From Bacteroidota bacterium (GTDB lineage Bacteria > Bacteroidota > Ignavibacteria > Kapaibacteriales > UBA2268), in contig JAKIZO010000002.1 in NCBI GenBank assembly GCA_022707965.1, positions 33,841-97,840 of the forward strand: a stretch of 64,000 nucleotides of DNA, in the 5' to 3' direction. Each line of letters opens with the position of its first letter. Position 1 is the stretch's first letter. This document shows, piece by piece, positions 12,760 to 22,773 of this stretch. Both the position numbers and the translations under genes were made by a program. The notes below the pieces were generated by a model. The model saw only the letters and a list, made by a program, of their open reading frames with translations. It did not search any database and was not told the origin of the DNA.

Positions 12760-13271
12760 GTAGGGGTATGGTATGCCGTGCCTCTACATCAACGCTTAGA
12801 ACCTTCGGAAGGGCATGAACCTTCCGAAGGTTTTTTTTAATGGTAGCACGGACATTCTTGTCTGTGGTTTCCAATGGCGAGAAATACGCTTATTTTATTC
12901 AAGGTTGGTCTAATATTACAGCGCTTATAACCTTCGGAAGGTTTGGAACCTTCCGAAGGTTTTTTATCAGCGGTAGCACAGACATTCTTGTCTGTGCAAT
13001 ATACATTGTATCAATCACCAGAAATCGCCTGAACCTTCCTAAGGTTTTTTATCAGCGGTAGCACAGACATTCTTGTCTGTGTGATGAACATTGTAATAGG
13101 CATAAATCGCCATAACCTACGGAAGGTTTTCTTCTTTTTGTTTGTGCAATGCACATTGAAAATAAATGAATTTTTCAGAAAGGAATGTCTGAACTACTAT
13201 TTAGGAAAAAATATCAGTATTAATCAGGTTGTCTCGCAATAACGAAGCTTAGAACCTTCGGAAGGTTTTTT
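12760..13271. repeat. 0.5 kb cluster of repeat modules: C (12760-12787), three intact A (12842, 12972, 13057), one degenerate inverted A (13176-13194), at least seven B
   Basis: Read directly from the sequence. Fills the convergent gap/htrA intergenic region. Confidence 0.9.
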
Positions 13272-13279
13272 ATAAGACA

Positions 13280-13312
13280 AAAAAGGCTGCCCAATTAAGG
13301 TACAGCCTTTTT
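13280..13312. terminator. Bidirectional rho-independent terminator-like hairpin
   Basis: AAAAAGGCTG - 13-nt loop - CAGCCTTTTT (10-bp stem, A/T runs on both sides). Lies 25 bp beyond the htrA-like stop. Confidence 0.7.
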
Positions 13313-13336
13313 GCAATTATTTGCAATTTATGTTTA

Positions 13337-14881
13337 TTACTGAATTTCTAATGCAACGATTTGGTTGCGTTCTTTGTATTTCACCTGGAACATTACGGTT
13401 TCGCCTTTTTGCTTGCTTTCCAGAATGTCTTTGAGTTGGCCTGTGGTTTTAAGGTCTTTTCTATCGACTTTGACAATAACACCGTTCGGGGAAAGCCCGC
13501 GTTCGGCAGCGTGAGAAAATCGCTGGACACGCGAAATATAGACGCCATTTTTTACGTCGAATTCTTTTTTCTGTTCTGAACTAAGTGGAGTAACAGAGAA
13601 ACCGAACTTGTCGAACGTTACGGGTTCGTTCGAAGAAGTATCGCCTTTCTTGCCGGAGGGTTCGTCATCGCTTTCGTTTTCAGCGACATCATCACCTTTG
13701 CGTCGTTCTAAGGTAACAGTTTTGTTGATTTTCTTTTTGTCGCGCCAGAGAGTAACTTTGACTTTGTCGCCGACACGTTTTTGTGCGATGTAGCTTTGCA
13801 ATTGGTTGGAGGTATTTATCTGCTTGCCATCTAATTCAAGAATAACATCGCCAATTTCAATTCCTGCTTTATCGGCGGGGCTATCTTTGAGCACGTCATT
13901 AACCATAACGCCCTGAACATCTGGCAACCCGACATTTCTTGCAGTAATTTCATCAACAGTAGAAATCACCACTCCGACGTAACCGCGGTCGATTTTCCCA
14001 TCTTCGATTAAATCCAGCACAACGGAATGGACTAAATCAACGGGTATTGCAAAACCATACCCAATATAAGTGCCCGTTTGAGTAGCAATTGCGGAATTGA
14101 TACCAACGAGACTGCCATTTATATCGAACAGCCCACCACCGCTATTGCCTGGATTGATAGGTGCGTCTGTTTGAATGAAGTATTCAACAGCGTAAGGGTC
14201 GCGACGAAGTCCCATCGCACCACGCCCAATTGCACTTACAATTCCGCTGGTAACAGTGAAGTTCAGCCCGAGCGGATTGCCCACAGCAATAACGAACTCC
14301 CCAATTTTCACATCTTCAATTTTAGCAAAGTGAGCAACTTTAAGCCCTGATGCTTCTATTTTGATAACAGCCAAATCAGTAAGCGGGTCGCGACCAATTA
14401 GTTTAGCTTTAAATTCTTTCTGGTCAACAGTAATGACTTTAATTCCATCTTCGACTGCATCTTCGACAACGTGATTATTTGTAACGATATAGCCATCTTC
14501 GGAAATAATCACGCCCGAACCTGCGCCACGACCGCGTCTTTCCTGGCGCGGTTCATCTTCGGGGAAACCGAAAAATTTGAAAAATTCCTCGAAACCAGGA
14601 ATTTGATTCATAGATTGTGATTTTGTTTCGACGCTAATAGCAACAACAGTGGGTTTCACCGCTTCGGATACTGCTACAAGAGCATCGTTGAACGCTTTTG
14701 CCGCTTCCGATGGGACTACGGGTGCAGCGTCGGCACCTATTTTAACATTTTTGGACTGAGCAAACGAGGAATTATAAAACATTATGCTAAATCCAATGAG
14801 CAAAGCGAAGCTCAAAACCGAAAGTGAAGAATAAAGCAAAACTGTTTTCTTGCTTGAACTCAACATATTCCAACCCTCCAT
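13337..14881 (-). CDS. HtrA/DegP-family periplasmic serine protease with two PDZ domains
   Basis: TNNHVV (His), DLAVIK (Asp) and GNSGGGL (Ser) catalytic triad motifs, with two PDZ-like segments at the C-terminus. The start could be the internal Met at 14866. Confidence 0.9.
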   Translation of the reverse strand: MEGWNMLSSSKKTVLLYSSLSVLSFALLIGFSIMFYNSSFAQSKNVKIGADAAPVVPSEAAKAFNDALVAVSEAVKPTVVAISVETKSQSMNQIPGFEEFFKFFGFPEDEPRQERRGRGAGSGVIISEDGYIVTNNHVVEDAVEDGIKVITVDQKEFKAKLIGRDPLTDLAVIKIEASGLKVAHFAKIEDVKIGEFVIAVGNPLGLNFTVTSGIVSAIGRGAMGLRRDPYAVEYFIQTDAPINPGNSGGGLFDINGSLVGINSAIATQTGTYIGYGFAIPVDLVHSVVLDLIEDGKIDRGYVGVVISTVDEITARNVGLPDVQGVMVNDVLKDSPADKAGIEIGDVILELDGKQINTSNQLQSYIAQKRVGDKVKVTLWRDKKKINKTVTLERRKGDDVAENESDDEPSGKKGDTSSNEPVTFDKFGFSVTPLSSEQKKEFDVKNGVYISRVQRFSHAAERGLSPNGVIVKVDRKDLKTTGQLKDILESKQKGETVMFQVKYKERNQIVALEIQ

Positions 14882-14929
14882 AAATTACAAAAGAAAAAAA
14901 CGAATAAGTCTAAAAAATCTTGCGATAAA

Positions 14930-15613
14930 TCACTCGTTTGCTTTATTGACATACCTGATTGGGTCTATATATCCAGCTTGCTCAAATCCACGAAGGCGAA
15001 GCAAGCACGATTCGCATTCGCCGCAGGCTGCATCTTCATTTACGTAGCAACTCCAGGTTAAATATAGCGGCACATTGAGCAGAATTGCCTGCTGAACGAT
15101 TTCTTTTTTCGAAAGAAGAATAATCGGGGTAACAATTTTTATGTTGGTTTCGGGCTTAGTGCCGTAGTTAAGTGCTTTCTCGAAGGCGCGGAAGAATTCG
15201 GCACGGCAATCGGGATAACCGCTTGAATCTTGCTCCACTGCACCGATGAAAAGAGCTTCTGCACCAAGTGTTTCAGCCCAGCTCGCCCCAATTGCCATAA
15301 TATTGCCATTGCGAAACGGAACGTATGTGTTCCGAATCTCGTTTTTGTCGAATTTAGCTTTGGGGACATCTATCTGCAAATCAGTAAGGCTCGAACCGCC
15401 AATTTGCTTGAAATAGCCGACATCAACCACAAGCCTGCGCGCAATCCCGTAAAAATCGCAAATATCGTTGAAGGCACGTTCTTCGCGCGCCTGCGTCCTA
15501 TGCTGGTAGTTTAAGTGCAAAGCAGCAACTTCGTAACCATCTTTGAGTGCTATTGCCGCGCACAAAGCGGAATCCATACCGCCACTCATCAGCACAACTG
15601 CTAATTTTTTCAT
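14930..15613 (-). CDS. queC: 7-cyano-7-deazaguanine synthase
   Basis: N-terminal PP-loop VVLMSGGMDSA and C-terminal Zn cluster CGECESCLLR. 227 aa. Confidence 0.9.
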   Translation of the reverse strand: MKKLAVVLMSGGMDSALCAAIALKDGYEVAALHLNYQHRTQAREERAFNDICDFYGIARRLVVDVGYFKQIGGSSLTDLQIDVPKAKFDKNEIRNTYVPFRNGNIMAIGASWAETLGAEALFIGAVEQDSSGYPDCRAEFFRAFEKALNYGTKPETNIKIVTPIILLSKKEIVQQAILLNVPLYLTWSCYVNEDAACGECESCLLRLRGFEQAGYIDPIRYVNKANE

Positions 15614-16860
15614 TTTGGCACCTTATCTTGAAATTCTTCTTCTGAATTTAACTCAGTTTTTCGCCATTCTTCGTAGAACATCATCAAAGCCGCAGTAGCT
15701 GGCACTGCGATAAGTAAACCAATCAACCCGAGCAACCCGCCAAATACAAAAAGCGAGATAATGAGTATTACGGGATGCAAACCAACCTGCTTGCCGAGCA
15801 CATTCGGCTCGATCAAATACGCATTGATAAAGTGTATTGTCGATATTGAACCAACAATTACCAGCAAGTTGGTAAAGAAATTGCCATCATCGACCAGTAG
15901 CATCACAAAAGCCCCAATAATCATCGAAATCGCCGAACCGAAATACGGAATTGGATTTAGTATTCCCGCAATAAACGCCAATACTATTGAATATGGGATA
16001 TCGAATAGTGTGTAGCTTATCGAGCAGAATGTAGCAACTATTATCGCAGCAACAATTTGCCAGCCGATATATTTTTTTACAATTACATTCACTTTGAGTA
16101 AGTCATTAAGTAACTTTTTGTTCTTTGTTTTCAGATTGTCTTTCAAATAATCTTTGAATTTTCTGAAATCTTTCAAAAGATAGAAGGTCATAATCGGCGT
16201 TAAAATAACATTTACAACCTGGGTTAATATTACCGACAAGCTGCTCAGAACATTAAGCAAGCTGCTGAAAATAATATTAACGATGCCTTCCACACGAGGG
16301 ATAAGTTCATCACGAACCGCTTCACGAATTGCACTTTTGGGAAGTCCGAATTTGTTTAATTTTCGGACGAAGGATTCGCTTTCGACATATTTTCTTGCTG
16401 AATCGACGTATGCAGTAAGGCTTTTGAGTGCATTATCGAGCTGGTCGAATATTATTGGGAATACGAACACAGCCACAGCCGAAAATATTCCGATAATTAT
16501 CAATATAAACACAAGCGAGGACAGCCATCGGGCAATATTCCACCTTTCTTTGAGCTTCTCGACAAACGGGTCAAGCAAATATGCCGTCAGAAACGCTATG
16601 AAAAACGGCACAATCGACGAACCAATCACCCGAAGCAAACTATAAACTAAGAAAATTGCTACTACAATTAGTAATTTTTCGATAATTGGTGCTTTTTTGC
16701 GGAAGGAAAATAGTATAAAAACAGAAATAAGAAGCAAAACAATTGGTTGAGCGGCAAGCCCCGTAACATATAAATACGCAGCAAAGAACAAAAAGCCAAT
16801 AACGATTGCGGCTATTGTCGAGACTTTTTGCGACTGATTTTTAAATCCACCGAAATTCAT
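15610..16860 (-). CDS. AI-2E/PerM (UPF0118) family membrane transporter
   Basis: Multi-pass membrane protein of 416 aa with the family-typical conserved region (NPIPYFGSAIS). Overlaps the queC start by 4 nt. Confidence 0.65.
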   Translation of the reverse strand: MNFGGFKNQSQKVSTIAAIVIGFLFFAAYLYVTGLAAQPIVLLLISVFILFSFRKKAPIIEKLLIVVAIFLVYSLLRVIGSSIVPFFIAFLTAYLLDPFVEKLKERWNIARWLSSLVFILIIIGIFSAVAVFVFPIIFDQLDNALKSLTAYVDSARKYVESESFVRKLNKFGLPKSAIREAVRDELIPRVEGIVNIIFSSLLNVLSSLSVILTQVVNVILTPIMTFYLLKDFRKFKDYLKDNLKTKNKKLLNDLLKVNVIVKKYIGWQIVAAIIVATFCSISYTLFDIPYSIVLAFIAGILNPIPYFGSAISMIIGAFVMLLVDDGNFFTNLLVIVGSISTIHFINAYLIEPNVLGKQVGLHPVILIISLFVFGGLLGLIGLLIAVPATAALMMFYEEWRKTELNSEEEFQDKVPK

Positions 16861-16917
16861 AATATTTTACTTAATTATGCAAGATATAAACGAAAATGAA
16901 TGAAAAATGTTTCTCAT

Positions 16918-19587
16918 TTATTTATCGAACGTGATTTTGAAGGTTGCGCCACCCATCTCGTTGTTGTATGCGTCGATAGTCCCGCCAATTCTTTGAGTGA
17001 AGACTTTCACAATTGCAAGTCCCAGGCCAGTTCCTTTGCCCTGCTTTTTTGTTGAGAAGAACGGTTCGAAAAGTTTCTCGACAGAGACACCTTCGGGCAA
17101 TCCAATTCCGCTATCAGCAATGGAAATATACTTTTTATCGTGTTCGATGCCATAGGAAATGACAATAACTTTTTCGTCTTGCTCTTTTTCGTCAATTGCT
17201 TGTATTGCATTAATAATGAGATTGTTAATGATGATTTCCAGCTGCAAGGCGTTTGCAGTGATAGTTAAATCGGGCTTTTTCTCTTCAATTTTCAGGTAAA
17301 TGTCGTGGGCTCTGATTTTTTGCATAATAAGGCTCAAAGCCCGCTGAATAACCGACGAAACGCTCACTTCAAGGCGTTCCTGGTTGGCTGATTTGAGCCA
17401 GTATGAACGCATATGCTGAATAATATCCTCGACTTTCGAAACTGCATTGGAAATTCTTTGAATAAGCCTTGTAATTTGGTCGGGAAGCGCCAGTCCTTGT
17501 TGCTTGTTCCAGTAGATAATTCCATCGGCAGCAACTTTGATTGCATTCAAGGGCTGGCTTATTTCGTGGGTTATTCCGCCAGCTATGACACCAATTGAAG
17601 CAATTCGGGCAGCATTTTCAATCATCTGGATTGATTCCTGACGTTTAATTTCGGCTTCTTTGCGTTCGTTTATTGGTCGAGCCATTAAGTTCACATACTG
17701 GACTTCCCCTTCAAGCGAATAGATTGGGCTAAAGACGTGCTCAATCCAGTAATCAACACCCACATAATCAACGTAGTTGTGTTCAAATAGTATTTCTTTG
17801 CCCGTCAACGACTCTTCGAACGAAGCAAGGATTTTTCTTGATAGTTCTGTATCTTTTAAGAATTGTTTGAAATTCTCCCTTTGCCTGAGATATATGTTTA
17901 ATGTCGAAAGCAGTTTGTCGAATGCGTTTTTGTTGAAAGTTACAACTCGCATATCTCTATCTAAAACAAGATAGTAGATATTTCCGCTATTGATAATGCT
18001 TTCGAGCAAATTTCTGTATTTGTGTATTTCGTTCTCAATTTTTACAATATCCGAAACGTCTCGCGAAGCACCAAGCAGTTTAATCGGTTTCTTTGTTACG
18101 TCGTCGTATTCAAATACAGCAACTTTATTTTCAAACCAGTGTTCGTTGCCATCGTAATCGCGCATTTTCAGGAAGAAATCAGTATGAGTAATTTCCCCGC
18201 GTTTAAACGAAATGTATAATTTACGCAAATATGGTATTTCGTCGTCGTAGCAATATTTTAATAATTCTCTACCTGAAAGAACGGGCGGTGGGAAGATGTT
18301 CACTTTATCCTCGTTAACTTTATGTATCGTGAACATATTGGTTCGGAAATCAAATTCCCAGAATAATTCGAACGACATACTGAAAGCAAATTGCAATTTC
18401 CTGCGTTCGTCGTTGAGTTCGATTTCTGCTTTTATCTTTTCGGTAATATCGTTGCTAACAATTGTCAGCCCGCTGAAATTGTTTGTTTCATCATATCTTG
18501 CAGAATAAAAGTTCTCTATGTAGTAATCCCCAATTTGTTCGATGGAGTATTTTGTGCGGTTTCGTGAAGCTTCGAGAATGTTTTTGTAGAACTGCGGGTG
18601 TGATTTCAGTATTTCGCCAATCTGCTCGCCAACTTGCATATTTTGAAGTAGTTCAACGTTCTCAATTTTGCCTAAGACAAGTTTAATTACAAAATTATGG
18701 TTGAGGTGCCAGACCATAAGGGGCAGGCTATTCAGCACTTTTGAAAGCAAATCAACATTGAATTTCAAAGCACGTTCGGCAAATTCACGTTCGGTTTGGT
18801 CATTTCGGAAAATTATATATTTGCAATCATTACTATCTTGGATTATCGGAACAACTGTGTATTCGATAACGTAATCATAATGGCGAAAAAGAAAATTGGC
18901 AGGCAATTTGGTAAGTTTAGCTTTTTTTGTATAAACTCGAAGCATTGAGCTTAGCCCGATAGAAATCATATCGTAGAGATTTTTGCCAAGGTAGCTGTCC
19001 AATCGGCGTATCATTATGTTGTCTGCGTAGTCGTTCGAACCAAGAATGGTGCCGTGTTCGTCAATCATAATTATAGGCTCGGGCGATGAATTTAATATTG
19101 TTCGGTAGAGCTCGGCTTTTTCTTCCAGTTTCCTGTATTTTTCTTCAAATTCCTGTTCGGAACGTTTAGCAGTGCAGAATTTAAGTTTCTTTAAAATTTT
19201 ATCTTTGTTATAATCTATTGATTTTTCATTATCTACGAGCAGAAGCGAATATGGGTATTTTTCGGCAAGCAGCGGGAAATCATTTGGGTCGGCGAAAATG
19301 ACGAGATTATCCAGCTTGTTCAATTTATTCAGGATTTCGATGAAGCTGTCGAACAAAAGCAAGTCCGACTGGTATTTGATAATTACGACGCAGCATTGCT
19401 CAATTTCTGTTGTATTAAGTTCGGATAAATTCTCTGCGACAAGCACATTAATTTTAATATTCTCATAGTAGCTGAATATTTCATCATTAGTGAAATTTAC
19501 AAGCAAAATGCAGTATTCAGAGAAATTTTCGTCCATTTCATTGCTATGCAAACTGGTGTCTAAATACAAATATCGGAATATTCTCAA
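16918..19587 (-). CDS. Cytoplasmic multi-PAS sensor histidine kinase
   Basis: H-box GITHEISQPLNAI and HATPase_c motifs (NLIINAIQA, DSGIGL, GTGLGLAIV). Several PAS-like segments. No TM segment and no adjacent response regulator. Confidence 0.85.
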   Translation of the reverse strand: MRIFRYLYLDTSLHSNEMDENFSEYCILLVNFTNDEIFSYYENIKINVLVAENLSELNTTEIEQCCVVIIKYQSDLLLFDSFIEILNKLNKLDNLVIFADPNDFPLLAEKYPYSLLLVDNEKSIDYNKDKILKKLKFCTAKRSEQEFEEKYRKLEEKAELYRTILNSSPEPIIMIDEHGTILGSNDYADNIMIRRLDSYLGKNLYDMISIGLSSMLRVYTKKAKLTKLPANFLFRHYDYVIEYTVVPIIQDSNDCKYIIFRNDQTEREFAERALKFNVDLLSKVLNSLPLMVWHLNHNFVIKLVLGKIENVELLQNMQVGEQIGEILKSHPQFYKNILEASRNRTKYSIEQIGDYYIENFYSARYDETNNFSGLTIVSNDITEKIKAEIELNDERRKLQFAFSMSFELFWEFDFRTNMFTIHKVNEDKVNIFPPPVLSGRELLKYCYDDEIPYLRKLYISFKRGEITHTDFFLKMRDYDGNEHWFENKVAVFEYDDVTKKPIKLLGASRDVSDIVKIENEIHKYRNLLESIINSGNIYYLVLDRDMRVVTFNKNAFDKLLSTLNIYLRQRENFKQFLKDTELSRKILASFEESLTGKEILFEHNYVDYVGVDYWIEHVFSPIYSLEGEVQYVNLMARPINERKEAEIKRQESIQMIENAARIASIGVIAGGITHEISQPLNAIKVAADGIIYWNKQQGLALPDQITRLIQRISNAVSKVEDIIQHMRSYWLKSANQERLEVSVSSVIQRALSLIMQKIRAHDIYLKIEEKKPDLTITANALQLEIIINNLIINAIQAIDEKEQDEKVIVISYGIEHDKKYISIADSGIGLPEGVSVEKLFEPFFSTKKQGKGTGLGLAIVKVFTQRIGGTIDAYNNEMGGATFKITFDK

Positions 19588-19626
19588 TAAAATAAAATAA
19601 AAAAACTATATCAAAAGTGTATTATT

Positions 19627-19790
19627 AGAACCTTCGAGGTTTGTCTCGTAATTGCCAGGTTTTCATAATTTGGTAGCACAGACATTCTTGTCTGTGAATT
19701 ATCACAGCGAAATTTGTTTTTTTCAATCAAGTTTTATCGTAATTTCAAAGCTTTGAACCTTCGGAAGGCTTTAAACCTTCCGAAGGTTTT
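19627..19790. repeat. Composite repeat: degenerate B (19627-19642), A (19672-19696), B pair (19750-19790)
   Basis: GGTAGCACAGACATTCTTGTCTGTG followed by AATTATCACAGCGAAA. GCTTTGAACCTTCGGAAGGCTTTAAACCTTCCGAAGGTTTT. Confidence 0.85.
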
Positions 19791-19826
19791 CATCATTGCG
19801 ATATTTTTTGACCATTGTAAAAATAA

Positions 19827-19854
19827 GACCTTTTAAGCTTACGCCTAAAAGGTC
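19827..19854 (-). terminator. Rho-independent terminator-like hairpin after the carboxyltransferase gene
   Basis: GACCTTTTA - 10-nt loop - TAAAAGGTC, followed on the minus strand by TTATTTTT. Confidence 0.6.
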
Positions 19855-19887
19855 GGTGATTGTTTTCTATGTCCCTATGAAACTATC

Positions 19888-21513
19888 TTAGTTCAGGCTT
19901 TGAACTTGAACGTTGAAACTTTGCCCTTCGACGGTGATTTTGTAGTTAGTTACCGCACTTGTTGGGTTTGTGTTAGGTGCACCCAAAAATCCAGGCGGAA
20001 TGTTAGAAATTTGTATATTACCTGGGATGTAATCCTGCTTTGGCGTGCTATTGCCATTGCTCGAACCATTTGTTTGAGCCGCTTTTGCTTCTTCTTTCTT
20101 TTTCTCTTCCGAGATTTTGCGAACATTCACTTTGCCATCACCTTTGAGGAAGGCAATACCTTTCGTCTGGCAGGAGACAGCAATAAAGATGTTTTCTTCT
20201 GTCAGTTCAATGTTTTCCTTTTCGAGTTGCTCTTTCCAGTAAGCAATAGATTTTTTCTCGTCGCGTTCAGCAAGCACAAGCGGACTTTCGGTAGTGCGTG
20301 GCAGTTTGAGCTGTTCTTCTGCTAATTTTACGACTTCGGGGTCGGGCTCGACAGGTGTACGTCCGAAGTAACCAAGCACCATTTTGCCATATCCTTCGGC
20401 AATTTGCTTCCATTTGCCAGCCATAACGTTGTTGTAAGCTTGCTGGAAATAGAATTGCGAAACGGGCGTAACCGAAGTGCCAAAACCGCCTTTTTCGACA
20501 ACTTCTCTCATTTCTTTAATCACTTGTGGGAATTTATCCAGCACTTTGAAATCTCTCATCATCTGGGTGTTTGCCGTTAGCGCGCCGCCAGGCATAGGCG
20601 AGAACGGTATCATCGGCGAAACCTGCACTGCTTCGGGCGGAATGAAGTAATCTTTCAGGCATTCGGTGAATACTTCTTCGTATTCTCTGATTTTTTCTAT
20701 ATCCAAGCCCAAATCGAAATCTGAACCTTTCAAAGCGTGTAGCATAATGATAATGTCGGGCTGACTTGTGCCACCAGAAACAGGAGCAGCAGCTAAATCT
20801 ATACCATCGGCACCAGCTTCGAGTGCAGCAACGTAGGAGGAAACCGAGACGCCGGCGGTTTCGTGTGTGTGCATACGAATGTGAGTGCCTTCGGGCAACA
20901 TTTTGCGAGCCATCTTGATAGTTTCATAAACTTTGCGAGGGCTTGCAGTGCCGCTTGCATCTTTGAAGCAAACCGAATGGAAAGGAATGCCTGCGTCAAG
21001 TATCTGCCGCAAAGTCTTTTTGTAGAAAGCAACGTCGTGGGCACCCGTGCATCCAGGAGGCAAATCCATCAAAGTAACAACAACTTCGTGTCGTAGCCCG
21101 TGGCGAACAATGCATTCGCCGCTGAAAATCAAGTTGTTTACGTCGTTGAGAGCATCGAAATTACGAATAGTAGTTGTGCCGTGTTTTTTGAACATTTTGG
21201 CGTGCAAATCTATAACTTCTTTCGGAGATGTGTCCAGTGCAACGGTGTTCACACCACGCGCAAGAGTTTGCAAATTAGCCTCAGGTCCGACAACAGAACG
21301 AAACTTGTCCATCATATCGAATGGATTTTCGTTCAAATAGAATACAGGTGCCTGGAAGCGAGCGCCACCGCCAAATTCAAAGTGGGTGATGCCCGCAGCA
21401 ACTGCTGCTTCGAGAGCGGGCAGAAAATCCTGCATAAGCACTCTGCCACCGAAAACTGATTGGAAACCATCGCGGAAGGAGGTATCCATTACGTCTATGA
21501 GTTTCTTTGCCAT
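19888..21513 (-). CDS. Carboxyltransferase (oxaloacetate decarboxylase alpha / pyruvate carboxylase B / transcarboxylase 5S type) without a biotinyl domain
   Basis: N-terminus DTSFRDGFQS, HTHETAG metal site, and a conserved C-terminal CT region. Ends ..YKITVEGQSFNVQVQSLN with no AMKM biotin motif. Confidence 0.85.
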   Translation of the reverse strand: MAKKLIDVMDTSFRDGFQSVFGGRVLMQDFLPALEAAVAAGITHFEFGGGARFQAPVFYLNENPFDMMDKFRSVVGPEANLQTLARGVNTVALDTSPKEVIDLHAKMFKKHGTTTIRNFDALNDVNNLIFSGECIVRHGLRHEVVVTLMDLPPGCTGAHDVAFYKKTLRQILDAGIPFHSVCFKDASGTASPRKVYETIKMARKMLPEGTHIRMHTHETAGVSVSSYVAALEAGADGIDLAAAPVSGGTSQPDIIIMLHALKGSDFDLGLDIEKIREYEEVFTECLKDYFIPPEAVQVSPMIPFSPMPGGALTANTQMMRDFKVLDKFPQVIKEMREVVEKGGFGTSVTPVSQFYFQQAYNNVMAGKWKQIAEGYGKMVLGYFGRTPVEPDPEVVKLAEEQLKLPRTTESPLVLAERDEKKSIAYWKEQLEKENIELTEENIFIAVSCQTKGIAFLKGDGKVNVRKISEEKKKEEAKAAQTNGSSNGNSTPKQDYIPGNIQISNIPPGFLGAPNTNPTSAVTNYKITVEGQSFNVQVQSLN

Positions 21514-21744
21514 ACCAAACTCTTTTATTGTTGAAAAAACTTGAATTGCATAAGCAATTCGAATGCAATTTAGTCTTAATTAAAAACAAGTGCAAGAAAA
21601 ATCGTCTATTCGTTTATTATTTATCGATATATTTTTATCGTATTAATTCCAACTTAATTAATTCTTTAAAAAATAAATTTTTTATGATTAATTCATTTGT
21701 TTATTTTTGTTACTAATTATTTTTTATTTCGTTATCTATATTAA

Positions 21745-22272
21745 TTGATGGAACAAAGCGAGTTCATAACTCACGCAAAACGAATGAAAAGCAGGTTGAT
21801 GCGGCTTGCTTATAGAATTTTGAACAATCGTGAGGATGCCGAAGAAGCTGTGCAAGAGGCATTTATTAAAATATGGGAAAAGCGTTCGCAAATAGACAGT
21901 AACGCAAACATCGATGGATTTGCAACTGTGGTGCTGATGAATATATGTCTGGACAAATTCAAATCCAAGCACTACAAGCACAAAAAAAGCGATATCGAGG
22001 AATACTCATACGTTCTGGAAACAAGCGACGTTTCGCCATACAAGAACGCAGAATACAAGGACGCCGCAGCGCTCGTATACAAAATTATTGAAGATTTGCC
22101 CGAAAAAGCCCGTCAGATTATCCAGCTGCGTGATATTGACGGATTTTCGAACCCCGAAGTTGCTGAAATTCTTGGTATAGATGAAAATGTTGTGAAAGTT
22201 ACTTTGTCGCGCACCCGAAAAAAAATTCGTGAAATTTTGATTAACAAGTACGGTTATAATTATGAACATTGA
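21745..22272 (+). CDS. ECF-type RNA polymerase sigma-70 factor
   Basis: Region 2 (EDAEEAVQEAFIKIW) and region 4 HTH (GFSNPEVAEILGIDENVVKVTLSRTRKKI). 175 aa. Confidence 0.9.
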   Translation: MMEQSEFITHAKRMKSRLMRLAYRILNNREDAEEAVQEAFIKIWEKRSQIDSNANIDGFATVVLMNICLDKFKSKHYKHKKSDIEEYSYVLETSDVSPYKNAEYKDAAALVYKIIEDLPEKARQIIQLRDIDGFSNPEVAEILGIDENVVKVTLSRTRKKIREILINKYGYNYEH

Positions 22273-22762
22273 TGAACTTATAGAAAAGTATTACAACGGC
22301 GAAACAACGCCCGCCGAGGAAGCTCTTTTGCGAAAGCATTTTGCCGAAGCGAACGAAAAATCGCCCGAAAAGGATATGTTCGAGTTTTTTTCGAGCGAAA
22401 GCAATGCTTTTGGTGAAATTGAATTCGACGAAAGCGAACTTCTCTCGAAAATCAGCAACACAAAAATTAGCCGTTTTCCTTCATTTTGGAAATATGCCTC
22501 TATTGCTGCAATTCTTATTCTTGCAATTAATGCGTATATATTTATCTCGAAATTCGCTTCTAACGACAACAAGCAGCAATACACATCAGGAATTGTCATA
22601 ACCGACGAAAATATCGCGATAAATAAGGAAAAAGCAGCCCTTGAACTTCAAAAAGCGTTCAGCCATCTCAATAATTCCCAAAAAATTGTCAATGAAAATC
22701 TGATGAATTTGAAAAAATTAAATGAAGCCAATAATTATTTAGAAATATTGATTACAAATTAA
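22262..22762 (+). CDS. Putative single-pass anti-sigma factor
   Basis: Overlaps the sigma gene by 11 nt. N-terminus YYNGETTPAEEALLRKH is typical of anti-sigma N-terminal regions. One TM segment (ASIAAILILAINAYIFI). Confidence 0.6.
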   Translation: MNIDELIEKYYNGETTPAEEALLRKHFAEANEKSPEKDMFEFFSSESNAFGEIEFDESELLSKISNTKISRFPSFWKYASIAAILILAINAYIFISKFASNDNKQQYTSGIVITDENIAINKEKAALELQKAFSHLNNSQKIVNENLMNLKKLNEANNYLEILITN

Positions 22763-22773
22763 GAGAAGAAATT

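Noticed and set aside
12840-13061. 73-aa ORF inside the gap/htrA intergenic region
   Set aside because: It lies wholly within the repeat cluster, with no RBS and a composition dictated by modules A and B.
12760-13271. Possible CRISPR array (regularly recurring palindromic 25-nt sequence)
   Set aside because: Spacing between the A modules is irregular (130 and 85 bp). The intervening sequence is itself made of other repeat modules shared with distant loci. No cas genes or leader are present.
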